Assembly: GCA_965235115.1 (NCBI GenBank)
Contig: OZ249436.1
Coordinates: 53,568,001 to 53,632,000 of the forward strand
Length of the DNA: 64,000 bases
Direction of reading: 5' to 3'
Source: Laetmonice hystrix
Taxonomy: Eukaryota
Position numbers and translations under genes: made by a program. The notes below the pieces were generated by a model. That model saw only the letters and a program-made list of their open reading frames with translations. It was not told the DNA's origin and searched no databases. How positions within the stretch are numbered: position 1 is the stretch's first letter; each line of letters opens with the position of its first letter. This document shows, one piece after another, positions 25,601-37,600 of this stretch.

Positions 25601-28600
25601 GCTGTCTGATTCTGTGAGGTTCTAGTGCGCTGTTTATGGTAGCCAGAGAAAGGCATACTACACACTGCCAGTGCCACTCCTCCCGCAATAAATTCGTTTT
25701 TACAGAAAAGAAGAAAAGAACCTAGCTTTGCCTGTAAACTTATGATAAATTGAGAGTAAGACATTGACATGGGCAGGAAAAGACTTGGCCAAAGAGTAAA
25801 GTATAGTTGCTGTGTATGGTATCCAGAAAATGAGAACTATTGAAGGGGAATTGTTTAAGGTCAATAAAAAAAATTGCCAAACGATGTAGTGAGGCACAGT
25901 AATCGGTAAATTTAGAATAGTGAATTCAGTTTTGTTTTAAATTAAAGGTCTTTAGTTTAGCCCTCTCTTACTTAGCTATTTTTTGTTGACCAGATTGTTA
26001 GTTGATAATGATAGGAGATGTGGTATGTTAGATTACTTGCATGTTGTCAACTCCAAGACTAATTTGAATCTAAAAGAGAGATGCTCTCGCCCCACCTCCT
26101 CTCACCCCCTCCACGCCCCCCCCCCCCACCCCACCCTCAAACTCGCACACAATTCACCCTGGGCGAATACATAGGAAGGGATATCTTTACAAACCCGTAT
26201 CAAAGAAGCTTTCAGTAGCGGTCATGAAAGAGGCTACCTTCCCAGGCGGCCGGTAAATGCCACCGAACAGTCAATGTCAAAGTGTCTTAAAGTTGGTGAC
26301 CTATATCTGTGGCGGCGGACCCATTGAATGGGAGAAGGAGAGGAGCATCCTTTGCTGAAGTCGGTCACTCCTTTCCTTGGGCAGCATCACACGACTGACT
26401 GGTGACCGGTGAAAAGAAGTTTTGGTGCAAGCTTGGTGCAGCTTGTGACAAGCAGGGGGGCACTTTGTGAAAGACTCCCGTCAGGGGAGTGTACGTGAGG
26501 ATCAGCCAACAGGTTTAATAATGGCCACTGCCCAGATCTGAGTTGTTCTTGATGTTGTTTATGGTGTCGGGTTGTTAGTTGCAGTATTTGGGAGACACAT
26601 TATTAGTGCTATGTGGAGCGGGGTATGGCTGATGCGCTAGTCTCCTGAATTAATTGGTCTAGGGTGTGAGTGGCCGCATTTAGCAGCACCGGTTGGAGCA
26701 GGACGGAGGTGACGCAGTGTGACCAGAGAGATAATTAATTAATCTAATTCCAATCCAGGTGAAGTTACAGTGACATGACAGTTGCTGGTCACATTGTAGT
26801 CATTCATGTCCTTTGGCCACTGACCTCTGTCTAGACCTCATCCTGTTAATGCTAAACGGCGCCTTTTCTAAAGGCATGAAGTTTTAAAAGGTTGAGTCGC
26901 AATATACTGGGCAAAGCTTTTGGTGGTGCAGTCTATCTGTATCTATTTTTTTGGGGTGGGGTGGGGGTGAGGGGGTGGGGGGTCTTGGGTGGGGTGGGGA
27001 TGTGGATGGGTGTTGGGGGGGGGGGGGTGGGCGGGTGGGGGTCTTGGGTGGGGTGGGGGGGTGTTATATGTGGATGGGTTTGGGGGAGGGGGGGGGGGGG
27101 TCTTGCTGTATGCCTATAGATTTGATTGGTTGACCTGGACAAGGCGTTAAGTCACTATCATCCATCAGGTTAAGCTATAAATTTAGTACAACTAGACATT
27201 GATGATATATTAGCCCATTAGTCAGAGGATCATTTTTTTGTCAGCAGGCCTTGTTAATTCTCCCGAGCTTCCACAGTTGAGCACTCCAAACGTGGAACTC
27301 CACTTTGCCAGTTGCTCGCCTGTACACAGAGTAAGGGGGTACTTAGACTGGCCGGACAGCACAGGACATACTGCAAAGTGCAAATGGTACAATTGACAGA
27401 TCACTCAGACACTAGCCAGCCGAGTTAATGCTTTGACACAGAGGAACATTTTTAAAAACGTTTTTGATCGGTGGAAAATTATTTCCTTCAGTTTCAGAAG
27501 ATGAAAGAGTATCTGCGGTAGTCAAATTTGTCACGGACATACCTTGGGTGTCTGTGATGCTATTTATAGAGGGAATGAAAGGGGTTAACGCTTTCTGAGG
27601 CCAGGTCGTATGCGCGCTCGTGACTGGATAGGAGAAGTGCATGGCCGATTTTAGAAAATGTTGAGCTCTCACTCAGCACTACCACAACCATTGGCTGTGG
27701 TACTTTCCCAAAGTGAAACTCATCTTTGCAATTTGCAGAATGAACTGTCAGAAAGCTAGAGGAGGATAAGCTTGGGGTCGAAACTGTTAGTTTTTTTACG
27801 ATTTTTTTTTCTGACCCCAGTGCCCCTTTGGTTACCGGTACTTTCTAGGTCCCAGGTCATGTGATGAAGAGACTAGTAAAAGAAAATCGCGGATTTAGTT
27901 ATTGCCAACAGTATGGTCTGGTGGTTGGGGCCATGCTATGGGCCCCTTCGTCTACTAGGAGTGCCTCGCCCGATTTCTGGGTGATCAAGGGTTTCCCATT
28001 CCTGTCGGCCAAGGATATAATTACATCTCGGTAGGGAACCATTAATAGTACAGCAAGTATAAGATGTTGCCTATTGGATGCAGACGTTGACACAGGAAAT
28101 CAGATCTGATTCTTTGCTGGACATGAGAAGACCATGATAACTGGTCCTTTACATTTGAGATATTTGTGTATACAACCTAGGTAATGCTACGGTTACTGAA
28201 CGATGACATGAATCTTGTTTGAAAGAAGATCGTTCAATATAACAAATTTACACAGTTTACTTGCCAAGAAGGTCAGGTTTATAAAGAGATAAGAACTTGG
28301 TAGCCAGTGATGAACAGTTGGTCTGTTGGGGGCGAGGTAAGTCAAGATGGCCCCCATGTGTTGCGTGGGATATCCACGACATACATGTGCACTTCATAAA
28401 CCACTGAAGAAGCGGCAGGCGGGCACCTTTTATTGCTTCCGGGGCCATATAACTGGTACCTCACTGTGATATAACCGTAAAATGCAAATTTCAGACTGGG
28501 CCACAGTGTAAACAAACCTACTTTTTTTAAACCATATAATAATGAGTTGTAATAGGCTGCCCTTTGAGTACGACATAATATTAGCCGGTTGAGGTTGGGC

Positions 28601-31600
28601 ATGATGAGGCGTGTGTGTGTGTAGGCCAGACTCGGCACTGTCTGACCGGCCGTGGGAGCCGGGGGCGTTGTGACATGGTGCCGGTAGTTGGGGAGTTCAC
28701 AGCCGCCGGGATGGAGGGCAGTCACATAAATACATGTATTTGGGTGGGGTGGGTTGGGGAGTGGTGCTGGCGGTCGGCAGGCAGGCAGTGCTGGCCACAA
28801 TCCAGGTGGTCGGTCCGCCGGCCGGCCGGCTGGCCGTGAAGGGTGGGCCTGGCTCCGTGACTGCCAGACACAGACCACCCAGACGGTCGGTGGGTTGGTG
28901 AAGAGAGGAACGATTAACCTATGGGGTCGCTTTTGATGTTTATAACCTCGTTTACTTTCGCTTAAAAACCTCCCAAAACATACCAGTATGTAAAAAAAAA
29001 CGGTAGCAGATGTTTTTGTGGAAAGAATTATGGTGGTGGACCGTAGTTTCGCTTCGATTTTGAATTTATGTTTACTTGCAATCGGCAAAAGATTGTAAAT
29101 TTACGTCAGTGGGTACATGCTGTTTGTGTGTGAGAGAGCTCAGGTTTATCGTACCGGGTTTGATCGGGAAGGAGATGGCTATGCATGAATACAACCCGGT
29201 GGCGAATCGCAATGCTGTGAAGTAAAACATTTTGGAAAGTATGATTTTTTTTCTCTCCGATCTCCTAAATACGTTTTCGGCAAACCTATTGCTGATGGTA
29301 TTAGCACCTCAATTATAAGTATTTGCTGGACGTGTGTGAATATTGGCAGTCCGGACCAAGTTGGTGCAGCCAGGCTAAATGCTGGATCTGTAAGTAGCAC
29401 AGGGAAATGGTACCGAAGTGGCGGCGTTGGTTGCTGGTGGAGTATGGAGCAGTCACTGTTCCTGGCGATGATCCCTCACGGCCTAGGTAAGCTGACCTTG
29501 GCCGGGGATCATCTGCTCCATCCAGATGGCGATGTACGTAATGTCATACAGCTGTGACTGGCGATCACTTGTGTTTACAAGCATGATTCGAGAATTTCAC
29601 CGCCTTTCTCTTGATGACTGGATAAAGGAAAAGTTCTTTGGTGATGAGTGATGCGCAGCCGTACGACGTGGTAGTGTAATGTAGATGTCGCATTTACGGA
29701 TGAGGAGTCTCATGGTGGGTTTCCCCCATTCGTCACACAGACAACACTTCACCTGATGGGATTTTGTCTTACCTGAAGGAATTTTACTGTTAGCACTAAA
29801 TGACCCAGTTGCTGTACATGGCAACAGTTGGGTCGTCATAACTCGATGGTATGAGCCCTGGTTTCTGCTCGATTGCTGCAGAGGTAATGAAATATTAAAA
29901 TGTGCCCTGGATGGGGTCAGAGTCTTATGAAAGATTGACAAATTTCCGAATGTAGGGTAGGTTAACTACTAGAAATGGACCTTCCTGCTGAACTAAAAAC
30001 CTCTACCAGTCCAAGCAAATGGACCTCGTTATTTTCCTCGCCTTTACCGATTTGATCACAATGTTCAGGCCTGTGAGTAACTGGGGCCATGCTGACCAGA
30101 CCAAGTTTCTTGATAAAAATGAGGATAAAGAAGAAATTCTGCATTAAATACAAATTTAAAAAAGAGAGAAAAACTAGAAACAGACTTGATCAGTCTTGTT
30201 CAAAGAGGTGGAAGAAGATCTTACAAATGACATTAGCAAAGAACAAATTTTGGAAGTAAATTGTAACAAATATGTGAAGCAGAATATAGAAAGGTTTATT
30301 TTTTATGTAGGGCCTACCACCAGTTGGTAAAGAAAGCCGGCCCATCTCTACCTGTTGATTATGCGTCAGGCTGTGGAAAGCCGGACTGAGCAATGAGTAA
30401 AACTTGGGGCAGGAATAACATCCTGTTATTCCATGTATAAGTTCTCAAGTTGACTGTAGCACCTAATCGGCGCGTGTGGTGCACGTGCTGGGGAATTCCA
30501 TGCATGAAGCATTTGTTCGGGCGCCTTTGAAACCTCCACCAAGGCCAGCTGGTAGGGAGCGAACTGGGCTGCCAACAGAAATAGGATGAGTCATGGCAGT
30601 AATAATAATAACACTTGCTCTAACTATAGGTCTGCGCTACAAGTGTCTTGGATAAGATGCACCGGACTATGTCAGGTGACAGTTGTTGCTATGGAGATGG
30701 AGATGGGGGTGTACGAATTGACCTGACCTAATTTGAAGGATGCCAGACACGGTGGCGCCGCCGTGTCATGGCTGGCGCCGTGTAACTCACCTGCCATGGA
30801 TACTGGGAAAACACTAGTTGCATGGTCTAATAGTGAGTATGGATGCATGAAATGAGAACAAAGATAACATCGCGAAACTCGGTAATGGCTGGAACGTGAA
30901 AACATCTTCAAGATTGATTCTTTTACTGGTTCTTGGTTACTTGGTCGATATAATATTAAAAAGCCTTCTTGATTGAATGATTTTTGAACGGAATAGATTG
31001 AAATCCAGATCGTCTCTGTGAATGGTGACTGATAGAGCAAGTCGGCCTTGGCACCTGGGTAGGGGTACACAGGTAAGGTGGGGGGTGGGGGGTGGGGGTT
31101 CACTCAGACAGCACGGAGCCAAGAGTGGGGTCTGAGGTGACACAGCCCCACAGTCACGCCAGGCCCCAATCACCGGCAGGGCAGCCTCCGGGTGTGGGTG
31201 TGAGAGGAGCCCACTCAGACTGCAGGGGACCAGTAGACCAAACTGCAGGGATCCAGTAGACGGGTGTGACTTGACATGGCTTCACGGTCACGCTAGGCAC
31301 CATTCACCGGCAGGGGTTGGTATGAGCAGTTATGCGTACACTTAGACTGCAGGGAGCCAGTATACGGGTGTGATGTGACATGCCATGCCCCAATCACCGG
31401 CATGGCAGCTCTGGGTCGGCCCACTCAGGGAGTTGGGGGGGGGGGATCCTTGCCGGGTCCTTTGCATAACCAACCATCCAGCAAATATACCTAAGACGTG
31501 GTAATGAGCTTGACGTAGAAAAAGTTCCGTCTCAGGCTTCGATTTGAAGCATTTAATTTAATTTTAAATCTCATTGAAATACATGAGACATTCCCACGAT

Positions 31601-34600
31601 CTACCAACTGTGTAGAAATGCGTGTCACAGTGTGGTGTGTTGTTTATGATATGATTGGTATCAGGACCCCCTCCTACCTGTGCTCGGCCTAGCATGGCCT
31701 TCTGTGTTTATTGTACAAATTTAGTCCTGGTACTTTTTAGATTATTGAAGTGTTGTCATCTGACGCAGTAGCCTGAGGGACTGCTCAGTGTAGCTAACTC
31801 AATTTGTTTCACTGCTGATTTAGCTTTTAACGCTGGAAGTTTTTATTAGCCGACTGGCAACCAAAAAAATCCGATGGCCATAACATGAGTGATTATAGCC
31901 GACAACCCACACGTCTAGACTTGGAGCGCCAGTCCTCACGAATGGTGCAAATATATAGCGTGCCTATGCAGTCACAGACATGACATTGTATGTGCATTAT
32001 AGACGTACTCTGTTTTGTTTCAAAATCGATCGATGTATCTGAGCACTTTTGATAGTGTTAAAATCACAGTCCTTGTGATCTGGGCTGCATCACTGCATGG
32101 GAGTTGTCATCGGGATTGTCTGTATCATATTTAATGGACAGGTCGGCAGTTGTTTGGAGTACATTGTTTGTATGTACTGACTAGTACTGTTTCCCTGAAG
32201 CTTTTTGAGAACGCTCGCAGGGTGGGGCACCGCTCAGGAAATGCGATCGTAAAATCTTGTTTATTTGGGCAAATCAATTAATTAAGACGCTGACTCCAAA
32301 TGAACGGTCGGTGCATGTCAGTTGTGCCATAAAATTGTTAGCTGCTAAACAAAAACCTCAGACATATTTGGAGTCCATCAAAATTGTTCGTTTTTTTCGG
32401 GGCCTGGCAAGTCGCTACAAACAGGGGGTGGGTGACCTCAAACGGTGATCACACACATTGAGGAATGTCAGCAATTTGAGATCTAGTCAGGCCGGAATGT
32501 GGGAAATCTGACCCGACTTATTGTTGACCTTATCCCACAGCTTGGTGATATCAGTGTGTCTCAATAGTATAAATGATTCCTGTGGGGCAGTAGACGGGGG
32601 ATGGGCCATTTCATGAACTGTGGGATGCACAGGAAGTATGGTTAGCCTTGTTTAATGGTCAAGTTTGAGGAAATGACCCATTGCTTCGTAGTGACAGCAT
32701 AATGACTGCTAAAATTTGACAGAATCCCAAGTGTTTGAAAAGGCATTGTTCAAAGTGGAAGTGTATTTCACTCCGGGTGAAAGGACATACGAGATACAGG
32801 CACTAAAATGATAGGGGTGCACACACATTGGCGGGTCGGCTGGCCGTGGTATTGTGAACAGCATAATTGTAGAATAGGGGTAAAGTGAAATGGTGAAACG
32901 GGGGCACCAGTTACTGTAGGTGGCCTGATCCTATTACAGAAAGTGTTGTTATTAGTAGGCAAGGAGAATAAGGATAGTGGGGGCGGGGCAGATACTAATC
33001 GGCGGCTAATTAGCAGAAAGTCATTATAGAATGACACCATCCGTGGCGACCGTGTCTCCAGCGTATGAATGGTTTTGATTTTGATGTAAAGTTCACAGCT
33101 GAGATCTTAGCGACGAAAGAAACATCACAGTCGTCCAGACATGATAAGGCCAAAAAAAAAAAAGTTTCGTTTCTTGTCCCTGCGCACGTCACCTAAAACC
33201 CCCCGCGTCAAGTCTTTTATTTTCAAATCCGACTGTTTTATAATGGTGGGCAGTGTAGCGCTGTGACAGAACGTTGCAACAGTTCTTTGGCGTTGGCGTT
33301 TTTCTGTTAGTCTTATTGCTTTTTATGTGAGTTTTACACATTCTTTAATGAAAACACTGAACATCAGTGCATTTAGTCTTTTCTTTAAGATTTCTTCATG
33401 TACCCAACAGCAATTGCATTCGAAGAATCGGCCGTTGTCTCGTTGCATCCAAAAAAAAAAGAAAGATGAAAAAAAACGCGTCACCGCACCAAATTTTTGA
33501 TATGAAAGGAGAAGAAACGAAACTTTTTTTTGTTTGGCCTAAATCCTACTGCAGGATTTCGATGTTCAATATCTATATTTAAGATAGCGAGTTTCTTAGA
33601 CAACAGTCTACGACCAGTTTTGTAGTCTCGTGTATTAATGCATGTCGGTCGAATGCCAATACACAAAGACCAATTTCTGTCCCAGTTCTTTGTACCTTGA
33701 ATGCCCAATAGTAGAAATAAATTGATTAAAATACAAGAAGTGCACAAATTATGAGAGCGAGACTAATTGAGTTCAACCCAGAAAATAGGTCTGCTAATGA
33801 AAGAAAGCACGTTAAGTCAGATCAATATTGTTGAAATATTTATAAGTTGTGTGCAGACTTTCAAAAGGGTCCATGTGCACTATGTCAGGGGACTGCCCGT
33901 GTTTTCGCCTTGAACATGGCCTTAGAGGCCGACATGGCATACAACCATCAACACGTACCTCATTCAGATACTATTGCCTGTCCTGTTTAATAGGGTCCTT
34001 CACCTAGATTGTTGGCCTGACATCGAGATCATGTCTTTTGTCACGTACACAGAGTCGTGCTCTATCTGAAGAACCATCAGACAACAATCATTTCCATATT
34101 TTAAGATGAAAAAAATTAAGTGAGTGAAGGAGTGCTTCCCATCTCAAAGTTTGATTGACATGGTTAGACAGGTGTCTCCATCAGTAAACGTCCTTAAGTA
34201 TTCTCCCTTCCCCCTGAATTCGTTCTGTTCTGTGTGTTTTGAAACTTCCTTGACCAGTGTGTTCAGTCTAGGAGCTCCCGGTGTAGAGTTTTCGGCTCAG
34301 CATGAAGAAGATGTCCAGATCACCAAACTCTTCTTCCTTCCGGAACAGGTACGTTCGTCATGTCCTTGCAGATAAAGCTTCAAATCTGTACACGAATTTA
34401 AGGTTTTAATTGGAAAATGCACTCAATCAGCTGAGGTAGATGCACTGAGCTCTGCCGATCTAAATCTGTGGAACTCTTATTGCTGATTGGCTCTCATCAG
34501 TACATAAGTTGGAGAATATTAGGAACCAAAAGGAAAAATGTTTAGGTGTTGAAAGGGGCTCCTGACTTGTGGATAATTTAAAGTTTCAAGAATGTGTTTA

Positions 34601-37600
34601 GATGGTTTTGTAGATAACTTCGGGTTGTCGGCATGTGGTGTTGTGTTTGTAGGGCCGGCTGATCAGTCTGACCAACAACAACTCGCTCCACCTGTGGGAG
34701 GTGAACGTTAAGGATGGCAAGTCGGAGCTGGAGGAGGTCAAGGAGTTCTCGATGGAAAACAGGTACACAACACACATGTTTGAATCCGGCTTTGGTTTCT
34801 TTGACGTATTTACTGCATACTAACTTCCAAAAAAAGGTTGTGGTTACCTATACGTGAAGGCGCTCCACTCTGGAAAAGAGATTGTTTATTTTCCTGGAAA
34901 GAAGTCGTAAGAGGAACAAACAAAAAAAAACAGAAAAGAAAACTAGGTGTACTCATATTTAAGTGGGTGAATTTGAATGAATCTTTAGGAGGCGGCGGTA
35001 TTGGTTGGTTGGGAAGTGGGATTTCTAATTAAAGTCAAAATTTTCCCTATCATCCAAGTGGATAGAGTCATGAACAACATCAGACCGAAATCTCAGCCAC
35101 CAGGGATTTCTAAATAGTAATACGTATCCTAATAAGAACCATATTACTCTATGATTTGGTCGTTATGACTAATTAGTCACAGGTCGCTGTCTGGGGAAAA
35201 GTGAATCGTCTGGAGGCTGTTAATGCAAAGAGTAGAGTTTGAAGGCTTACACGGTCAAAGAGGGCACACCTTCACTCCCGTGAACATGTATTCCAGGGTA
35301 TTATTGCTAGATGTTGGCCTGACCCGAAGACACGTTTTGCAATGAGGCCACTCACCGTACGAGCTGCTTTTACATGTAGACTGATTGAAAAAAGTGTAAC
35401 CTCAGGAGAGACCTTCACAAGTGGGTCAGGTTTCCTGACAGCTGTGACATCACTGAGTCATAACAAGACTTGTTGGCAGAAGTGTAAGGCTCAAGATAAC
35501 ATTCGGTTTTGACCAATTCTCATGCCGAATTGACTCGACTTTCTTCCTAGAGCATGCTAGGAGATTTATGTAGTCGAAGTGTTTCAAGAAGAGATAGCTT
35601 GGCAAGAGTGGTTCAAGAGTAGTGCAGTTGTAAGGGTCAGCATGTATAAATAATGAGCTGAGCCAGTACCAGAAGACTAGTCTTGCCTGCAGGATGGCCA
35701 GTTCCGAGCCAGATATAAAATTGTTTGCTCACTCTCTATGAAAGCCATACATCAACAAGTGGCAAGCATGTATGCCAGATGCAAGTATTCAAAAGAATAA
35801 GTAATGTTTCTAATTTTGGATTTTATTTCTTGGTGTCTTGAAATATGACCATTGATAATGGTATACATGTTGTACATGTACATGGTAGTTGTGCATAATT
35901 AAACAATAAATTTCACAATTGTCTAAAATGTAGATAATTCATAATGCTTCTAGGCTGTACCTCCATGTTGCAGTTTATATTAATATTTTGCAATACGTAG
36001 CATCTTTTCTATCAGGTAATCATTCCAGAACCCATACCTCATTTTGATATTTATTTCCTGAAGTCAGTAATTTAATCTGATCTGCGTCAAATTAGGTGAA
36101 AAATCATCACCCCCCCCCCCCGCCACAGCCAGAACTATTGCATTCGTCATTGTTTTGTCTGTGCCAAGCTTTGCCCACTGTCGGTGAATCAGATAAAAAC
36201 ATATGGTAGTACTTCTAGAGGCAGGAATACACACAAAAAAACCGTTGCGTCATCTGGGGGCAGTTGTATGCACCCGTAATCTGTTGCAGACGGTCCCCAC
36301 TGTTGACTGAGGGCCTTATGGGCTCAATAACGAAATCTCTACAAATATAGGGATACTATGTTTGAAATGCTGTTCCTGTAAGAGAGTAATATACGTGTAA
36401 CAGTGACAGAATTTATTTGTATGTGCATTGTGTTTGCTGAAAATACCATACAAACCATTGTGTTAGTGTACTGTAGGAGTAAATTGCTGTACGAGGGAGG
36501 CGGCGTTACCCTGAGTGACGATGGGCGGGGAGGAGGGGTGGCGGCCCCGGTACCCGGTTAGGGTACACATGTTCACAGGCCGGTTACCGGGTCAGAGGCG
36601 ACAGGCCTCGATCCACGCCAGACACCATGGTGGCAGCGGCGGCTCCGAAAACAAAACAAAAACTGCAAGCTGCGCTTTGGCCCAGTATGCCATAGTATGC
36701 AATGGTCTCCGAATTGGGGGCATTCCCTGACAAGGAGCCCCGGCTGGAACGCCCTGCCCGCTCGCAGCTCCGCCCATCTCCGCCGTGGGTGGGTGGGTGT
36801 GACCCACTCGGTGCGGAGAGAGGCCCTTGAGATACCCGGCACCCCCGGCCTGGGACCTCGGCCGCTCTAACCGAACCCGTCATTTCCTCCCACGCTGCCC
36901 CCTTGCCAGCTCACCGTGGGGGTGTTTACGGGGTTAAATCACTTCACCTAGCCCCAAATTCAGGACCGTCGGAACATTAGGAACAGCCGCTGTCTGTATG
37001 CAAGTGGGGGCCGCGGGGACGGGCTGTGGGTGGACTAGTACCCACCAAGTTAACACCTTAGGAAGAGCTACCTTGGGTGTTGAATGTGGGTCGTGACCTT
37101 TGGTTTACCTGTAGAAACGGGCCCCGAGGGGCTGTGAGGAGGCCGCTGCCTGTCTTGGCCGTCGCCATAGAGACTGGTCTGTCTGCGTACTCATTGTCCA
37201 TCCTCACCAAGTCGGCCATCATTGAGCTGGCACTAACCATTCAATGACTTTCCATACAGTTCTATACACAAGTGACAATAAATCTTAAGACGTCTAAGGA
37301 TATAGTTTCATGGAACATTGGAGTGAAAATGGTGAATTGGACGTGTAGAACACGGCCAGGAGGGGCTTGGTGTACTCGGTGACCTTTGAGTTGAACTCTG
37401 CAGTGAAAACGCATTACTTGTTAGTTTTAAGGTCATCGAATGATTACAGAGATAGAAGAGATGAAAATGTCGGACCTTCAACCTCACGGAAATGTCTTTA
37501 GGTGGAAATAACATGCCGACATGAACTTGGATTATGTATCAAATTCCAAATTACTTGTCGGCTTGGACTTTAACTTGTTCATGCATCAGTAATTTAAACT

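Larger units (their letters stand above)
17775..34266 (+). other. U12-type (minor spliceosome) GT-AG intron, 16,492 nt
   Basis: 5' site GTATCCTTT (exact U12 consensus); branch site TTCCTTGAC at 34246-34254, with the branch A 13 nt before the intron end; no extended pyrimidine tract between branch site and AG. Confidence 0.9.

Noticed and set aside
28342-29088. 248-aa - strand ORF
   Set aside because: Low-complexity, composition changes along its length, no family motif; consistent with a chance ORF across a GC-rich patch.
29960-30330. Purine-rich stretch translating to protein-like fragments (…[20 protein letters not shown]…)
   Set aside because: Interrupted by stops in all frames and no recognisable motif; possibly a decayed transposon, but unsupported.
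29487-31078. Consensus U2 donors AG|GTAAG at 29487 and 31073 inside the U12 intron, as recursive-splicing sites
   Set aside because: No pyrimidine tract before the AG; roughly one such 7-mer is expected by chance per 16 kb.
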